This document shows, in pieces, positions 56,291 through 64,000 of a stretch of DNA of 64,000 nucleotides (its first letter is position 1; the number at the start of each line of letters is the position of its first letter). The notes below the pieces were generated by a model. The model saw only the letters and a list, made by a program, of their open reading frames with translations. It was not told where the DNA came from and did no database searches. The DNA comes from Acidimicrobiia bacterium (GTDB taxonomy: Bacteria; Actinomycetota; Acidimicrobiia; Spongiisociales; ZC4RG35): contig JBGTCK010000058.1 of NCBI GenBank assembly GCA_041748855.1, positions 22,758-86,757 on the forward strand, read 5' to 3'. A program made the translations under genes and the position numbers.

Positions 56291-56440
56291 GCCAAGAACA
56301 TACACACTCGAAATCTCCGGTGAGCTATAGAACAGGGTCGGGTGGGCCTGAGCTGCGGTTGTGGGCACCTGGGCTGAGTAGGGTTCCAACAGAATGGATT
56401 CACCAGACACGACCCGAACCAGGCGGGCTGAGCAAAGCCA

Positions 56441-56920
56441 ATGAGCACGGCCGGGGAGGTCCTCGTCGGGGTTGTGATCCTGGTCGGTCTGGCCGGAATC
56501 GTGCTGCCGATACTTCCCGGGCTTGCCCTGATCGTCGGTGCGGTGCTCATCTGGGCTCTGGTCGAGGCAACTGCCATCGCCTGGGTCGTCTTTGCCATCT
56601 GTTTCGGCCTTGGGGCGGCTGCGACGGTCATCAAATACCTGATCCCGGGCCGGAAGCTCAAGGAGTCGGGTGTTGCCCTATCGACGATGCTGATGGCTCT
56701 GGTCGGTGCCGTAATCGGCTTCTTTGTCATTCCCGTTGTTGGGGCGCCGATCGGTTTCATGGCCGGGATCTACCTGGTCCAGTGGAACCGGATGGGACGC
56801 GGCGAGGCTTGGCCGGCGACGTTGCGGACTGCAGGAGCCATCGCCCTCTCCATTGGTATCGAACTCGCCGGCGGCCTGCTCATTCTTGGCGTATGGCTCG
56901 TCGCCGCGATCTGGGCCTAG
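56441..56920 (+). CDS. DUF456-family membrane protein
   Basis: 159 aa with four hydrophobic helices. The LPILPG motif near the N-terminus is typical of DUF456. Confidence 0.7.
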   Translation: MSTAGEVLVGVVILVGLAGIVLPILPGLALIVGAVLIWALVEATAIAWVVFAICFGLGAAATVIKYLIPGRKLKESGVALSTMLMALVGAVIGFFVIPVVGAPIGFMAGIYLVQWNRMGRGEAWPATLRTAGAIALSIGIELAGGLLILGVWLVAAIWA

Positions 56921-56934
56921 CCCTCCCCCTTCCT

Positions 56935-56982
56935 TTGCACAGTGCAACGGGGTGCGGTTTTCGCACCCTCCTGCACAGTGCA
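56935..56982. repeat. Composite palindromic element: TTGCACAGTGCAA - hairpin GGGTGCG/CGCACCC - TGCACAGTGCA
   Basis: Read directly from the sequence. Two copies of the self-complementary 11-mer TGCACAGTGCA flank a 7-bp GC hairpin (56950..56968). The element lies between convergent DUF456 and acs. Confidence 0.65.
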
Positions 56983-56994
56983 AAAAGAAGTGGG

Positions 56995-58944
56995 TCAGGC
57001 GTCTTCGGTGGAGGAGGCCATGTTGGAGATTTCCTGGACGATGTCCTCGTTGGCCAGGGTGGTCACATCACCCAACTGTCGATGCTCGGAGATGTCCTTG
57101 AGTAGGCGGCGCATGATCTTGCCCGATCTGGTCTTGGGCAGATCTGTGGTGAAGACGATCGACTTCGGCTTGCCAATCGGGCCCAACGTTGCCGCAACAT
57201 GGTCCCGAAGTTCAGCGAGGAGTTTCTCATCACCGGTCACCGAGCTCCGAAGTGTGACGAATGCCGCAATCGCTTGACCGGTCAGGTCGTCCTTACGGCC
57301 TACAACTGCCGCTTCGGCGACGCTGGGATGGCTGACCAGGGCTGACTCGACCTCAGTTGTGGAGATGTTGTGCCCGGAGACCAACATGATGTCGTCGACC
57401 CGTCCCAAGAGCCAGTAGTAGCCGTCGTCGTCGCGCTTGCACCCGTCACCGGGGAAGTACCGGCCGGGAAACCGTCTCCAGTAGGTGTCGACGTAGCGGT
57501 CGTCATCGCCGTAGATGGTGCGTGCCATCGACGGCCAGGGCTGGGTGATCGTGAGGTAACCGCCGCCGCCGAGAGGCACCGAGTTGCCCTCTTCGTCGAC
57601 GACGTCTGCGGAGATCCCGGGAAAGGGGATGGTTGCCGAACCGGGTTTGGTGGCGACGACACCGGGCAACGGGGAGATCATGATCCCGCCAGTCTCGGTC
57701 TGCCACCAGGTGTCGACAACGGGACAGCGCTCCTTGCCGATGTTGAGGTGGTACCAGATCCACGCCTCGGGATTGATCGGCTCACCGACCGTGCCCAGGA
57801 GCCGCAACGAGGACAGGTCATGCTTTTCGACGTTCTCGTCCCCCCACTTCATGAAGGCGCGGATTGCCGTGGGTGCGGTGTAGAAGATTGTCACGCCATA
57901 GTCGTCGACGATCTGCCAGAGCCGGTCGAAGTCGGGATAGTTGGGAGCACCCTCATACATCACGCCTGTAGTCCGGTTGGCCAGAGGGCCGTAGACGATG
58001 TAGCTGTGCCCGGTGACCCAGCCGATGTCGGCAGCGCACCAGTAGACATCTGAATCGGGCTTGATGTCGAAGACGTAGGAGTGGGTGGTGGTGACACCGG
58101 TTAGGTAGCCGCCCTGGGTGTGGACGATCCCTTTGGGCTTTCCGGTGGTTCCGGAGGTGTAGAGGATGTACAGAGGGTCTTCGGCGTTGAGCGACACCGG
58201 CTCGCATTCTTCGGACTGTCCATCGACGAGGTCGTGCCACCAAATATCCCGGCCCTCGACCATGTCCACGCCGTGATCGGTCCGCTTGACCACAACTACG
58301 TTTTCGATGCCGGGTGTTGAGGCGACTGCGGCGTCGGAGTTCGCCTTCAGCGGCACGACCTTGCCTCCGCGCCAGGCGCCGTCCTGGGTGATCACGAGGC
58401 GGGCCTCGGCGTCGAGGATCCTGCTGGACAGTGCGTCAGCAGAGAACCCTCCGAAAACCACCGAGTGGACCAACCCCAGTCGGGCGCAGGCAAGCATCGC
58501 GATCGGCAGTTCGGGGACCATTCCCATGTAGATGGCGACCCGGTCCCCTTTCTCCAAGCCCAAGCTCAGAAGGCCGTTGGCGAACTTGCCCACCTCGGCA
58601 TGGAGGTCCGAATAGGTAAGGGTCCTGGTGTCGCCAGGCTCGCCGATCCAGTGGTAGGCCACCTGATCCCCATGTTCGGCCAGATGTCTGTCGAGACAGT
58701 TGTACGAGAGGTTCAACTCACCGTCGGCGAACCATTTGTAGAAAGGTGGATTCGAGTCGTCGAGGACCAGGGTGGGCTCCTTGAACCAGTTGATCCGCTC
58801 GAGGGCCTGCTTCTGCCAGAAGGACTCGAAGTCCGCCGCCGCCTCGTCATGGATCCCGGGCCGGGCGTTTGCCACGGCTGTGAATTCGGGATCTACCTCG
58901 AAGAGACGCTCCTCATGGAGCAGGTTCTCAAGAGCTTCGGACAT
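56995..58944 (-). CDS. acs: Acetyl-CoA synthetase
   Basis: 649 aa with the AMP-binding signature [11 protein letters not shown] and a C-terminal ...[14 protein letters not shown]. Confidence 0.96.
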   Translation of the reverse strand: MSEALENLLHEERLFEVDPEFTAVANARPGIHDEAAADFESFWQKQALERINWFKEPTLVLDDSNPPFYKWFADGELNLSYNCLDRHLAEHGDQVAYHWIGEPGDTRTLTYSDLHAEVGKFANGLLSLGLEKGDRVAIYMGMVPELPIAMLACARLGLVHSVVFGGFSADALSSRILDAEARLVITQDGAWRGGKVVPLKANSDAAVASTPGIENVVVVKRTDHGVDMVEGRDIWWHDLVDGQSEECEPVSLNAEDPLYILYTSGTTGKPKGIVHTQGGYLTGVTTTHSYVFDIKPDSDVYWCAADIGWVTGHSYIVYGPLANRTTGVMYEGAPNYPDFDRLWQIVDDYGVTIFYTAPTAIRAFMKWGDENVEKHDLSSLRLLGTVGEPINPEAWIWYHLNIGKERCPVVDTWWQTETGGIMISPLPGVVATKPGSATIPFPGISADVVDEEGNSVPLGGGGYLTITQPWPSMARTIYGDDDRYVDTYWRRFPGRYFPGDGCKRDDDGYYWLLGRVDDIMLVSGHNISTTEVESALVSHPSVAEAAVVGRKDDLTGQAIAAFVTLRSSVTGDEKLLAELRDHVAATLGPIGKPKSIVFTTDLPKTRSGKIMRRLLKDISEHRQLGDVTTLANEDIVQEISNMASSTEDA

Positions 58945-58957
58945 GCAAATTCCTCCT

Positions 58958-60457
58958 CTACAAGTTCTGCTCGGTGGAAACTAACAGCCTTCGCTGCCAC
59001 CAAACCACGAAAAGGACGGAAAGGACGGCGAGGTACATCAGCCAGTCCCCGAGCCGTGCATAGAGCGTGGGTGAACCCGGCTGCACTTCCCCGTAGACGA
59101 TTTCGATCGTCCCAAGCCCTGAGATATCCGACGTGAGAACGCCGTGACGGTCGATGATCACCGACTTCCCGGTTACCGCGGCATGGATCACCGGGACACC
59201 CAACTCGGCCGCCCTCATCCTCGTCATCCCGATCAACTGGTCCGATACCGAAGTCAACCCGTAGGAGGCTTCGTTGGTGGCAATCACGATCAGTTCCGCC
59301 CCGGCCACGACATGCTGTCTGGCGTACCGCGCGAAAGATCCCTCGAACGAAATGACCGAGCCGAGGACGAAGTCAGGATGATCGAACACCACCGGGCCCT
59401 CCCCCGGAATCATGTCCCTGGGGACCTGGGACAGGTCGGGGATCCAGTCGAACAGCGGCCGAAACGGGATGTACTCCCCGAAGGGGACCCCTTGCTGCTT
59501 GCGATACTCGCCGACGATTTCGCCGCTCTCGTTGAAAACCACGTTGGCGTTGATCCAATTCTCCTCACTGATCGGACGGTCGGTCCCGACGAGGAACCAT
59601 GAACCGATACGGCGCGCTTCGTCGCCAATTGCTTCTCCGATCTCCTCGTTCTGGACAGGGTCGGCATTGAACGAACCTGATGATCCCTCAGCCCACACCA
59701 CCAGGCCGACCGAGCCGGGATCGATGTCACCGGTCAGAGCCAGGTGCTGTTGGAAAGTGCGGAGTCGCTCGTCGGGTGGGCACTTTTCGAACGGACATGG
59801 TGTGGAGCCCTGGACTATTGCCACAGAGGTCGCCTCAGGGGCGTCGTAGGCGACGAGCGTCTCCAGAAGAAGCGCAGTACCAATCGCAACAGCCGGCAAT
59901 GTAAACGGCACCAACAGCCACCACGACCAGGGGTCTCGCCCGAGGATGACCCGGACCACGAGAACCAGACCCGCCGCAACTCCGACGATGAGGACAGTCC
60001 AGCCCGAGGTGCCGATCAGGGAGGCGGCAGATCGAACCGGGGACAACCCGGAGAGGGCATACCCGGCCCCTCCCCACTCAAGGCCGCTGAACGGGAAGTT
60101 GTAGCGCACGAGCTCCACCAGCGACCAGACCGCCACTGCGTACCCAGCCCAGATCCCCGGTGTGGCGTCACGGTGGCCCGCCAGCCACCAGCCGAAAACC
60201 CAAAAGTAGGACGACTGGACCAGGGCGAGCGGAACAAGCGCGATGAGGCCGAGCTCGATCGACCACCACATCAGGACCATGAAGAAGCTGAACCCGTAGA
60301 GCGCTCCCACGAACATCCCGTGGAAGCGACTGCTCGTCGATCGCAGCGCCCACAGGAACAGCGCTATTCCGGGGACGATCAGCAACCCGGGACCGAATCT
60401 GGGATATGCCAGACCGGAGACGACACCGCCGATGAGTGCGAACAGCAGAGGAATCAC
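58958..60457 (-). CDS. lnt: Apolipoprotein N-acyltransferase
   Basis: The ORF 58958..61009 is trimmed to the GTG giving (M)[23 protein letters not shown]. It has multiple TM helices and then a CN-hydrolase domain. The upstream 184 codons are antisense to the IMPase gene. It ends 13 nt before the acs start. Confidence 0.8.
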   Translation of the reverse strand: MIPLLFALIGGVVSGLAYPRFGPGLLIVPGIALFLWALRSTSSRFHGMFVGALYGFSFFMVLMWWSIELGLIALVPLALVQSSYFWVFGWWLAGHRDATPGIWAGYAVAVWSLVELVRYNFPFSGLEWGGAGYALSGLSPVRSAASLIGTSGWTVLIVGVAAGLVLVVRVILGRDPWSWWLLVPFTLPAVAIGTALLLETLVAYDAPEATSVAIVQGSTPCPFEKCPPDERLRTFQQHLALTGDIDPGSVGLVVWAEGSSGSFNADPVQNEEIGEAIGDEARRIGSWFLVGTDRPISEENWINANVVFNESGEIVGEYRKQQGVPFGEYIPFRPLFDWIPDLSQVPRDMIPGEGPVVFDHPDFVLGSVISFEGSFARYARQHVVAGAELIVIATNEASYGLTSVSDQLIGMTRMRAAELGVPVIHAAVTGKSVIIDRHGVLTSDISGLGTIEIVYGEVQPGSPTLYARLGDWLMYLAVLSVLFVVWWQRRLLVSTEQNL

Positions 60458-60523
60458 GACGCCACGGTACCCATCGGATTCTCCAAGTTCCCCGGCCCGG
60501 CGCAACGCCGTAGAGTCTGCGGG

Positions 60524-61318
60524 ATGTGGGAAGGCGATCTCTGGGTGGCCCTGCGCGCGGCGCGGGCCGGTGCCGAAGAAGTGTTGGCAGGGGCCAGCAC
60601 GATCTTCCTTACCGAGATGAAGGGAGATGTCGACCCGGTCACCGAGGTCGACCTGCGTGCAGAGACCGTGATACGCGCCGGCATCACGGCACATTTTCCC
60701 GACGACTCGATTCTCGGCGAGGAAGAAGGAGGCGACGGCTGGAAGCAGGGCAGGGTGTGGATCATCGATCCTCTGGACGGGACCATCAACTTCGTTCACC
60801 ACATACCTCAGTTCGCAGTGTCGGTCGCGTTGTGGGACGACGGCCTTCCGTTGATCGGCGTAGTCATCGACGTCATGCGCCAGGAGGAGTTCGTTGCGGT
60901 GCGCGGGGAGGGGGCGCGGCTCAATGACGTGCCCATCGGCGTGTCGGAGACTCCAGCGATGAACGAATCGATCATCGGTACCGGGTTTCCCTACGACCGC
61001 CAAACCCACGCTCGGGCGTACCTCGAAGTCGTAGCCGGAGTACTGGAGAATGCCCAGGGGATCCGCCGACTCGGCTCAGCGGCACTCGACCTCGCCTGGG
61101 TGGCCTGCGGACGCTACGACGCCTACTGGGAGTTCGATATCCAGCCCTGGGATGCAGCAGCGGGAACCCTGCTCGTCACCGAAGCCGGCGGCTCTGTGAC
61201 CGACCAGAGAGGAGTGGGCAACGATCTCGACGCCGTCGCCTGCATCGCCAGTAACGGCAAGATCCACGACGAACTGCGCGACATCGTGTCCGCCGGAATG
61301 CCGGAGCACCTGAGTTGA
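60524..61318 (+). CDS. Inositol monophosphatase family protein (SuhB/HisN-like)
   Basis: The ORF 59744..61318 is trimmed to MWEGDLWVAL... (264 aa). The motifs are EVDLRAE, WIIDPLDGT and WDAAAG. Confidence 0.88.
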   Translation: MWEGDLWVALRAARAGAEEVLAGASTIFLTEMKGDVDPVTEVDLRAETVIRAGITAHFPDDSILGEEEGGDGWKQGRVWIIDPLDGTINFVHHIPQFAVSVALWDDGLPLIGVVIDVMRQEEFVAVRGEGARLNDVPIGVSETPAMNESIIGTGFPYDRQTHARAYLEVVAGVLENAQGIRRLGSAALDLAWVACGRYDAYWEFDIQPWDAAAGTLLVTEAGGSVTDQRGVGNDLDAVACIASNGKIHDELRDIVSAGMPEHLS

Positions 61319-62556
61319 GATTCCACGACCACCACTTCCACCCGCTCGGATATGTGGGGATGGTCACCGGGCTCGACCTCAACGACGCCGCGGATTTCGA
61401 CGACCTCGCCAACCGCCTTGCCGAGCGGAGAGACGCCATCGACAGTGCGATCATCGGCCAGCGCCTCAACGACGAGGGCCTGCGGGAACGATCTCTCCCG
61501 GACAGGAACCTCCTCGACTCGGTCTCGCCCGACCGGCCCATCCTGGTCTACAGATATTGCGGCCATATCGGAATCGCCAATTCAGCCGCCCTCGAGCTGG
61601 CCGGGATCGATGCCGGAGCGCCCGACCCCGAAGGTGGCTCCTTCGACCGCGCCCCGGGAGGGGAACCAACAGGGGTCGTTCGCGAAACGGCCCTGAAGCT
61701 GGTGTCTGACGCACTGTCCGGCCTGACTACCGGGCCCAGCAATCAGGAGGTTCTCGACGCCCTCGGCCGCCTCGAGGACCTCGGCATCGGATCGGTGACG
61801 GGAATGGTCTCTGCGGGAGAGCCGCTGTGGTGCGGTGTCGGCAATGAGCTGGAGACGTTGATCGGTCTCGCCCCCGACCTCCCCATCGACATCGATGTGA
61901 TCGTCATCACCGATACGCCGGAGAAACTTGCATCGGCGGCAAAGCGGATCAGTGCGGCCGACGGGCGGCTCCGGTTCGGAGGGTGGAAAGACTTCGCCGA
62001 CGGAAGTCTCGGAGGGCACACCGCGGCGATGTACGAGCCATTTGCCGACAACCCCGATGAGGTGGGGGTGCTCAGACTCCGCCCGGCGCAGGCCGGGGCC
62101 ATGGCACGCGCGTCGCTCGAACTGGGGGGGGATGTCGCAATCCACGCTATCGGGGATCGGGCGAATGACGATGTCGCCGACTTCTTCGAACATCTGATCT
62201 CCGATGGGGCCGACCCGAACCGACTCCGGGTGGAGCATGCGTCCGTCCTCACCGAGCGGACCGTGACCCGGTTCGCCGAACTCGGGATCACGGCTTCGAT
62301 ACAGCCCGCCTTTCTCGCTTCCGAGGAGGAATGGCTGGAGAGAAGGCTCGGCGCGGCGCGGATGAGCCGGGCATACCCTTTCCGGGAGATGGCCGAGGCC
62401 GGGTTGAGGCTGCTCGGGGGCAGCGACTGCCCGGTGGAGCCGCCCGACCCCCGGATCGGGATCAGCGCTGCGGTCGATCGGCACGGGATCAATCCCGGCC
62501 AGGCCCTCACCGAGGACCAGGCGCTACAGCTTTTCCAGCCACCCGTTGGCCGCTGA
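61315..62556 (+). CDS. Amidohydrolase-family metallohydrolase
   Basis: 413 aa with an N-terminal FHDHHFHP metal-binding motif. The TTG start overlaps the IMPase stop. Confidence 0.8.
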   Translation: MRFHDHHFHPLGYVGMVTGLDLNDAADFDDLANRLAERRDAIDSAIIGQRLNDEGLRERSLPDRNLLDSVSPDRPILVYRYCGHIGIANSAALELAGIDAGAPDPEGGSFDRAPGGEPTGVVRETALKLVSDALSGLTTGPSNQEVLDALGRLEDLGIGSVTGMVSAGEPLWCGVGNELETLIGLAPDLPIDIDVIVITDTPEKLASAAKRISAADGRLRFGGWKDFADGSLGGHTAAMYEPFADNPDEVGVLRLRPAQAGAMARASLELGGDVAIHAIGDRANDDVADFFEHLISDGADPNRLRVEHASVLTERTVTRFAELGITASIQPAFLASEEEWLERRLGAARMSRAYPFREMAEAGLRLLGGSDCPVEPPDPRIGISAAVDRHGINPGQALTEDQALQLFQPPVGR

Positions 62557-62609
62557 CCCGACTATTTCGGGTTTGAGAAATCCGGGAAACAACTACCGTT
62601 CTGCTTCGC

Positions 62610-64000
62610 ATGTACTCATACACAAACATTTCCGCAGAAGACATCACCAGGGGCACTGATCGGGCCATCGACGAGGCGCGCGGCGTGCTCGACGATGCCG
62701 TCGCTCCCAAGGACGATCGATCATTCGCCAACACCCTGATGCCGGTGGACCGGATCGGCGACATCCTCTCCCATGCCTTCGCCCGCTTCGCGTTCATGGG
62801 CTACGTCCACCCCGATGCCGGGGTGCGCAAGGCGGCCAACGACGCACAGGAGAAGTTGAACACTTTCGGGGTCGAGATGATCTTTCGCGACGATCTCAAC
62901 GCCGCGGTCAGGGAATACGCGGAAACCGACGAAGCCGCGAACCTCGAAGGCGAGAAGGCGCGATTCCTCGAGTTCCTCCTCCGGGACTTGCGGCGGGCCG
63001 GCCACGAGCTCGATCCCGCAGTCAGGGGTGCGGTCAAGGAGAAGACCCAGCGCCTGGTGGAGCTCGGTGTACGATTCCAGAACAACATCGACGAATGGTC
63101 CGATCACATCCTTGTGACAAACGACGAGTTGGAGGGCTTGCCCCGGTCGTTCGCTGAGTCGCTCGAAACGGATGAAGAAACCGGGAAGCTCAAAGTCACT
63201 CTCGACTATCCCCACATCCTCCCGTTCACGGAGAACGCCAAACGCCGCGACCTCAGGGAAGAGCTCAGCCGGAAGTTCAACACGCAGGCCGTTGCAGAGA
63301 ACCGTCCCCTGCTCGAGGAGGCGATCCAGCTTCGGGACGAAATCGCAAATGCCTTCGGTCTCTCCAGCTGGGCGCACCATCAACTCGAGGAGCAGATGGC
63401 CAAGACGCCAGAGGCAATCTTCGACTTCTACGAGAAGCTCCTGCCTCCGCTCACCGAGCAAGGGAAGGCCGACGTCGGCGAGATGGCAGCCCTTCTTGCG
63501 AGCGACGATGGCGACGACGAGGTGCAGGTCTGGGACTGGCGCTTCTACGACACACAGCAGAGGAAGACCGACTACGGGGTCGACCCGTTCGATGTAGCTG
63601 CCTACTTCCCCCTCGACGCGGTCCTCGACGGGATGTTCGAGTTGGTCCAGGAGACCTTTGGCCTGACGTTCGAGGAGGTCGACGCGTCCGCGGCGTGGCA
63701 TCCCGACGTCCGTTTGTTCTCGATGTCCGACACCGCCTCTGGCGAAGAGCTCGCCCACTTCTACCTCGACCTGTTCCCGAGGGAAGGCAAGTACGGACAC
63801 GCCGCCGAGTTCCCGCTGGTGTTGAGCCGACGGCTCGAGGACGGCTCGTATCAGAATCCGTTGTGCGCCATGGTCGCCAACTTCACCAAGCCCACCAAGA
63901 GCGCACCTTCGCTGCTCCAGCACTCCGAGGTCGAGACCCTGTTCCACGAGTTCGGGCACGTGCTCCACCAGAATCTGGGACGGACCGAACTGGCCAGGTT
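62610..64000 (+). CDS. M3-family zinc metallopeptidase (oligopeptidase/Dcp-like), 3' end beyond the window
   Basis: Absent from the ORF track (no stop in the window). My translation from ATG 62610 stays open to 64000 and reaches LFHEFGHVLHQ (HEXXH, about 63945..63959). The minus ORF 62721..63968 is its antisense artefact. Confidence 0.88.
   Translation, partial: MYSYTNISAEDITRGTDRAIDEARGVLDDAVAPKDDRSFANTLMPVDRIGDILSHAFARFAFMGYVHPDAGVRKAANDAQEKLNTFGVEMIFRDDLNAAVREYAETDEAANLEGEKARFLEFLLRDLRRAGHELDPAVRGAVKEKTQRLVELGVRFQNNIDEWSDHILVTNDELEGLPRSFAESLETDEETGKLKVTLDYPHILPFTENAKRRDLREELSRKFNTQAVAENRPLLEEAIQLRDEIANAFGLSSWAHHQLEEQMAKTPEAIFDFYEKLLPPLTEQGKADVGEMAALLASDDGDDEVQVWDWRFYDTQQRKTDYGVDPFDVAAYFPLDAVLDGMFELVQETFGLTFEEVDASAAWHPDVRLFSMSDTASGEELAHFYLDLFPREGKYGHAAEFPLVLSRRLEDGSYQNPLCAMVANFTKPTKSAPSLLQHSEVETLFHEFGHVLHQNLGRTELAR

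Noticed and set aside
59744-60523. A 260-codon N-terminal extension of the IMPase ORF, and likewise the 184-codon extension (60458..61009) of the lnt ORF.
   Set aside because: Each extension is simply antisense to the other gene. The IMPase family starts near MWEGDL..., and Lnt starts at its first TM helix.

Overview
This is a high-GC, actinobacterial-type chromosomal segment that is almost fully coding. Housekeeping lines I hand-counted are about 63-65% GC, and some accessory lines are 53-60%. I can support 57 protein-coding genes, two of them cut by the window edges. I found no rRNA, tRNA, CRISPR array, transposase or integrase.

Backbone genes:
- Ten de novo purine genes lie in five separate groups: purA-purD, purE, purB, purC-purS-purQ-purL and purF-purM.
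- The rest of the backbone is gltB (partial), an acyl-CoA dehydrogenase, pfk, acs, lnt, an IMPase-family gene, a TrpB2-like gene, a transsulfuration PLP enzyme, a class-III aminotransferase and an M3 peptidase (partial).

Accessory content:
1. A complete form-I aerobic CO dehydrogenase cluster spans 19699-27674. It holds coxM-coxS-coxL (active-site loop VAYRCSFR), an XdhC protein fused to a TRASH/YHS metal-binding domain, coxD (MoxR), coxE (VWA) and a split XdhC.
2. A lower-GC block, mostly on the minus strand, spans about 9.0-19.7 kb. It encodes an orphan membrane-anchored Cys-pair protein, a GNAT-like protein, a secreted beta-propeller (ScyD/ScyE-like), an 1115-aa SARP/NB-ARC/TPR regulator, a BBE-type FAD oxidase and an ABM monooxygenase. 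It also encodes a 119-aa unknown and a histidine kinase whose C-terminus is a CarH-type cobalamin module (Wx9EH plus an xHxxG His ligand).
3. There are two families of structured intergenic repeats.

Best candidates for new biology:
- The B12/light-sensor histidine kinase operon.
- A shared promoter design of two TTYAGRG heptamers at 11-bp period, 8 bp upstream of a TANNNT hexamer. It sits in front of the two genes flanking the SARP regulator.
- The XdhC-TRASH fusion inside the Mo-Cu CODH maturation cluster.
- The QueA-like gene locked into an SDR/NTF2 operon.

Caveats: family calls come from my own reading of the translations, with no searches run. Coordinates of non-ORF features were hand-indexed and may be off by 1-2 nt.
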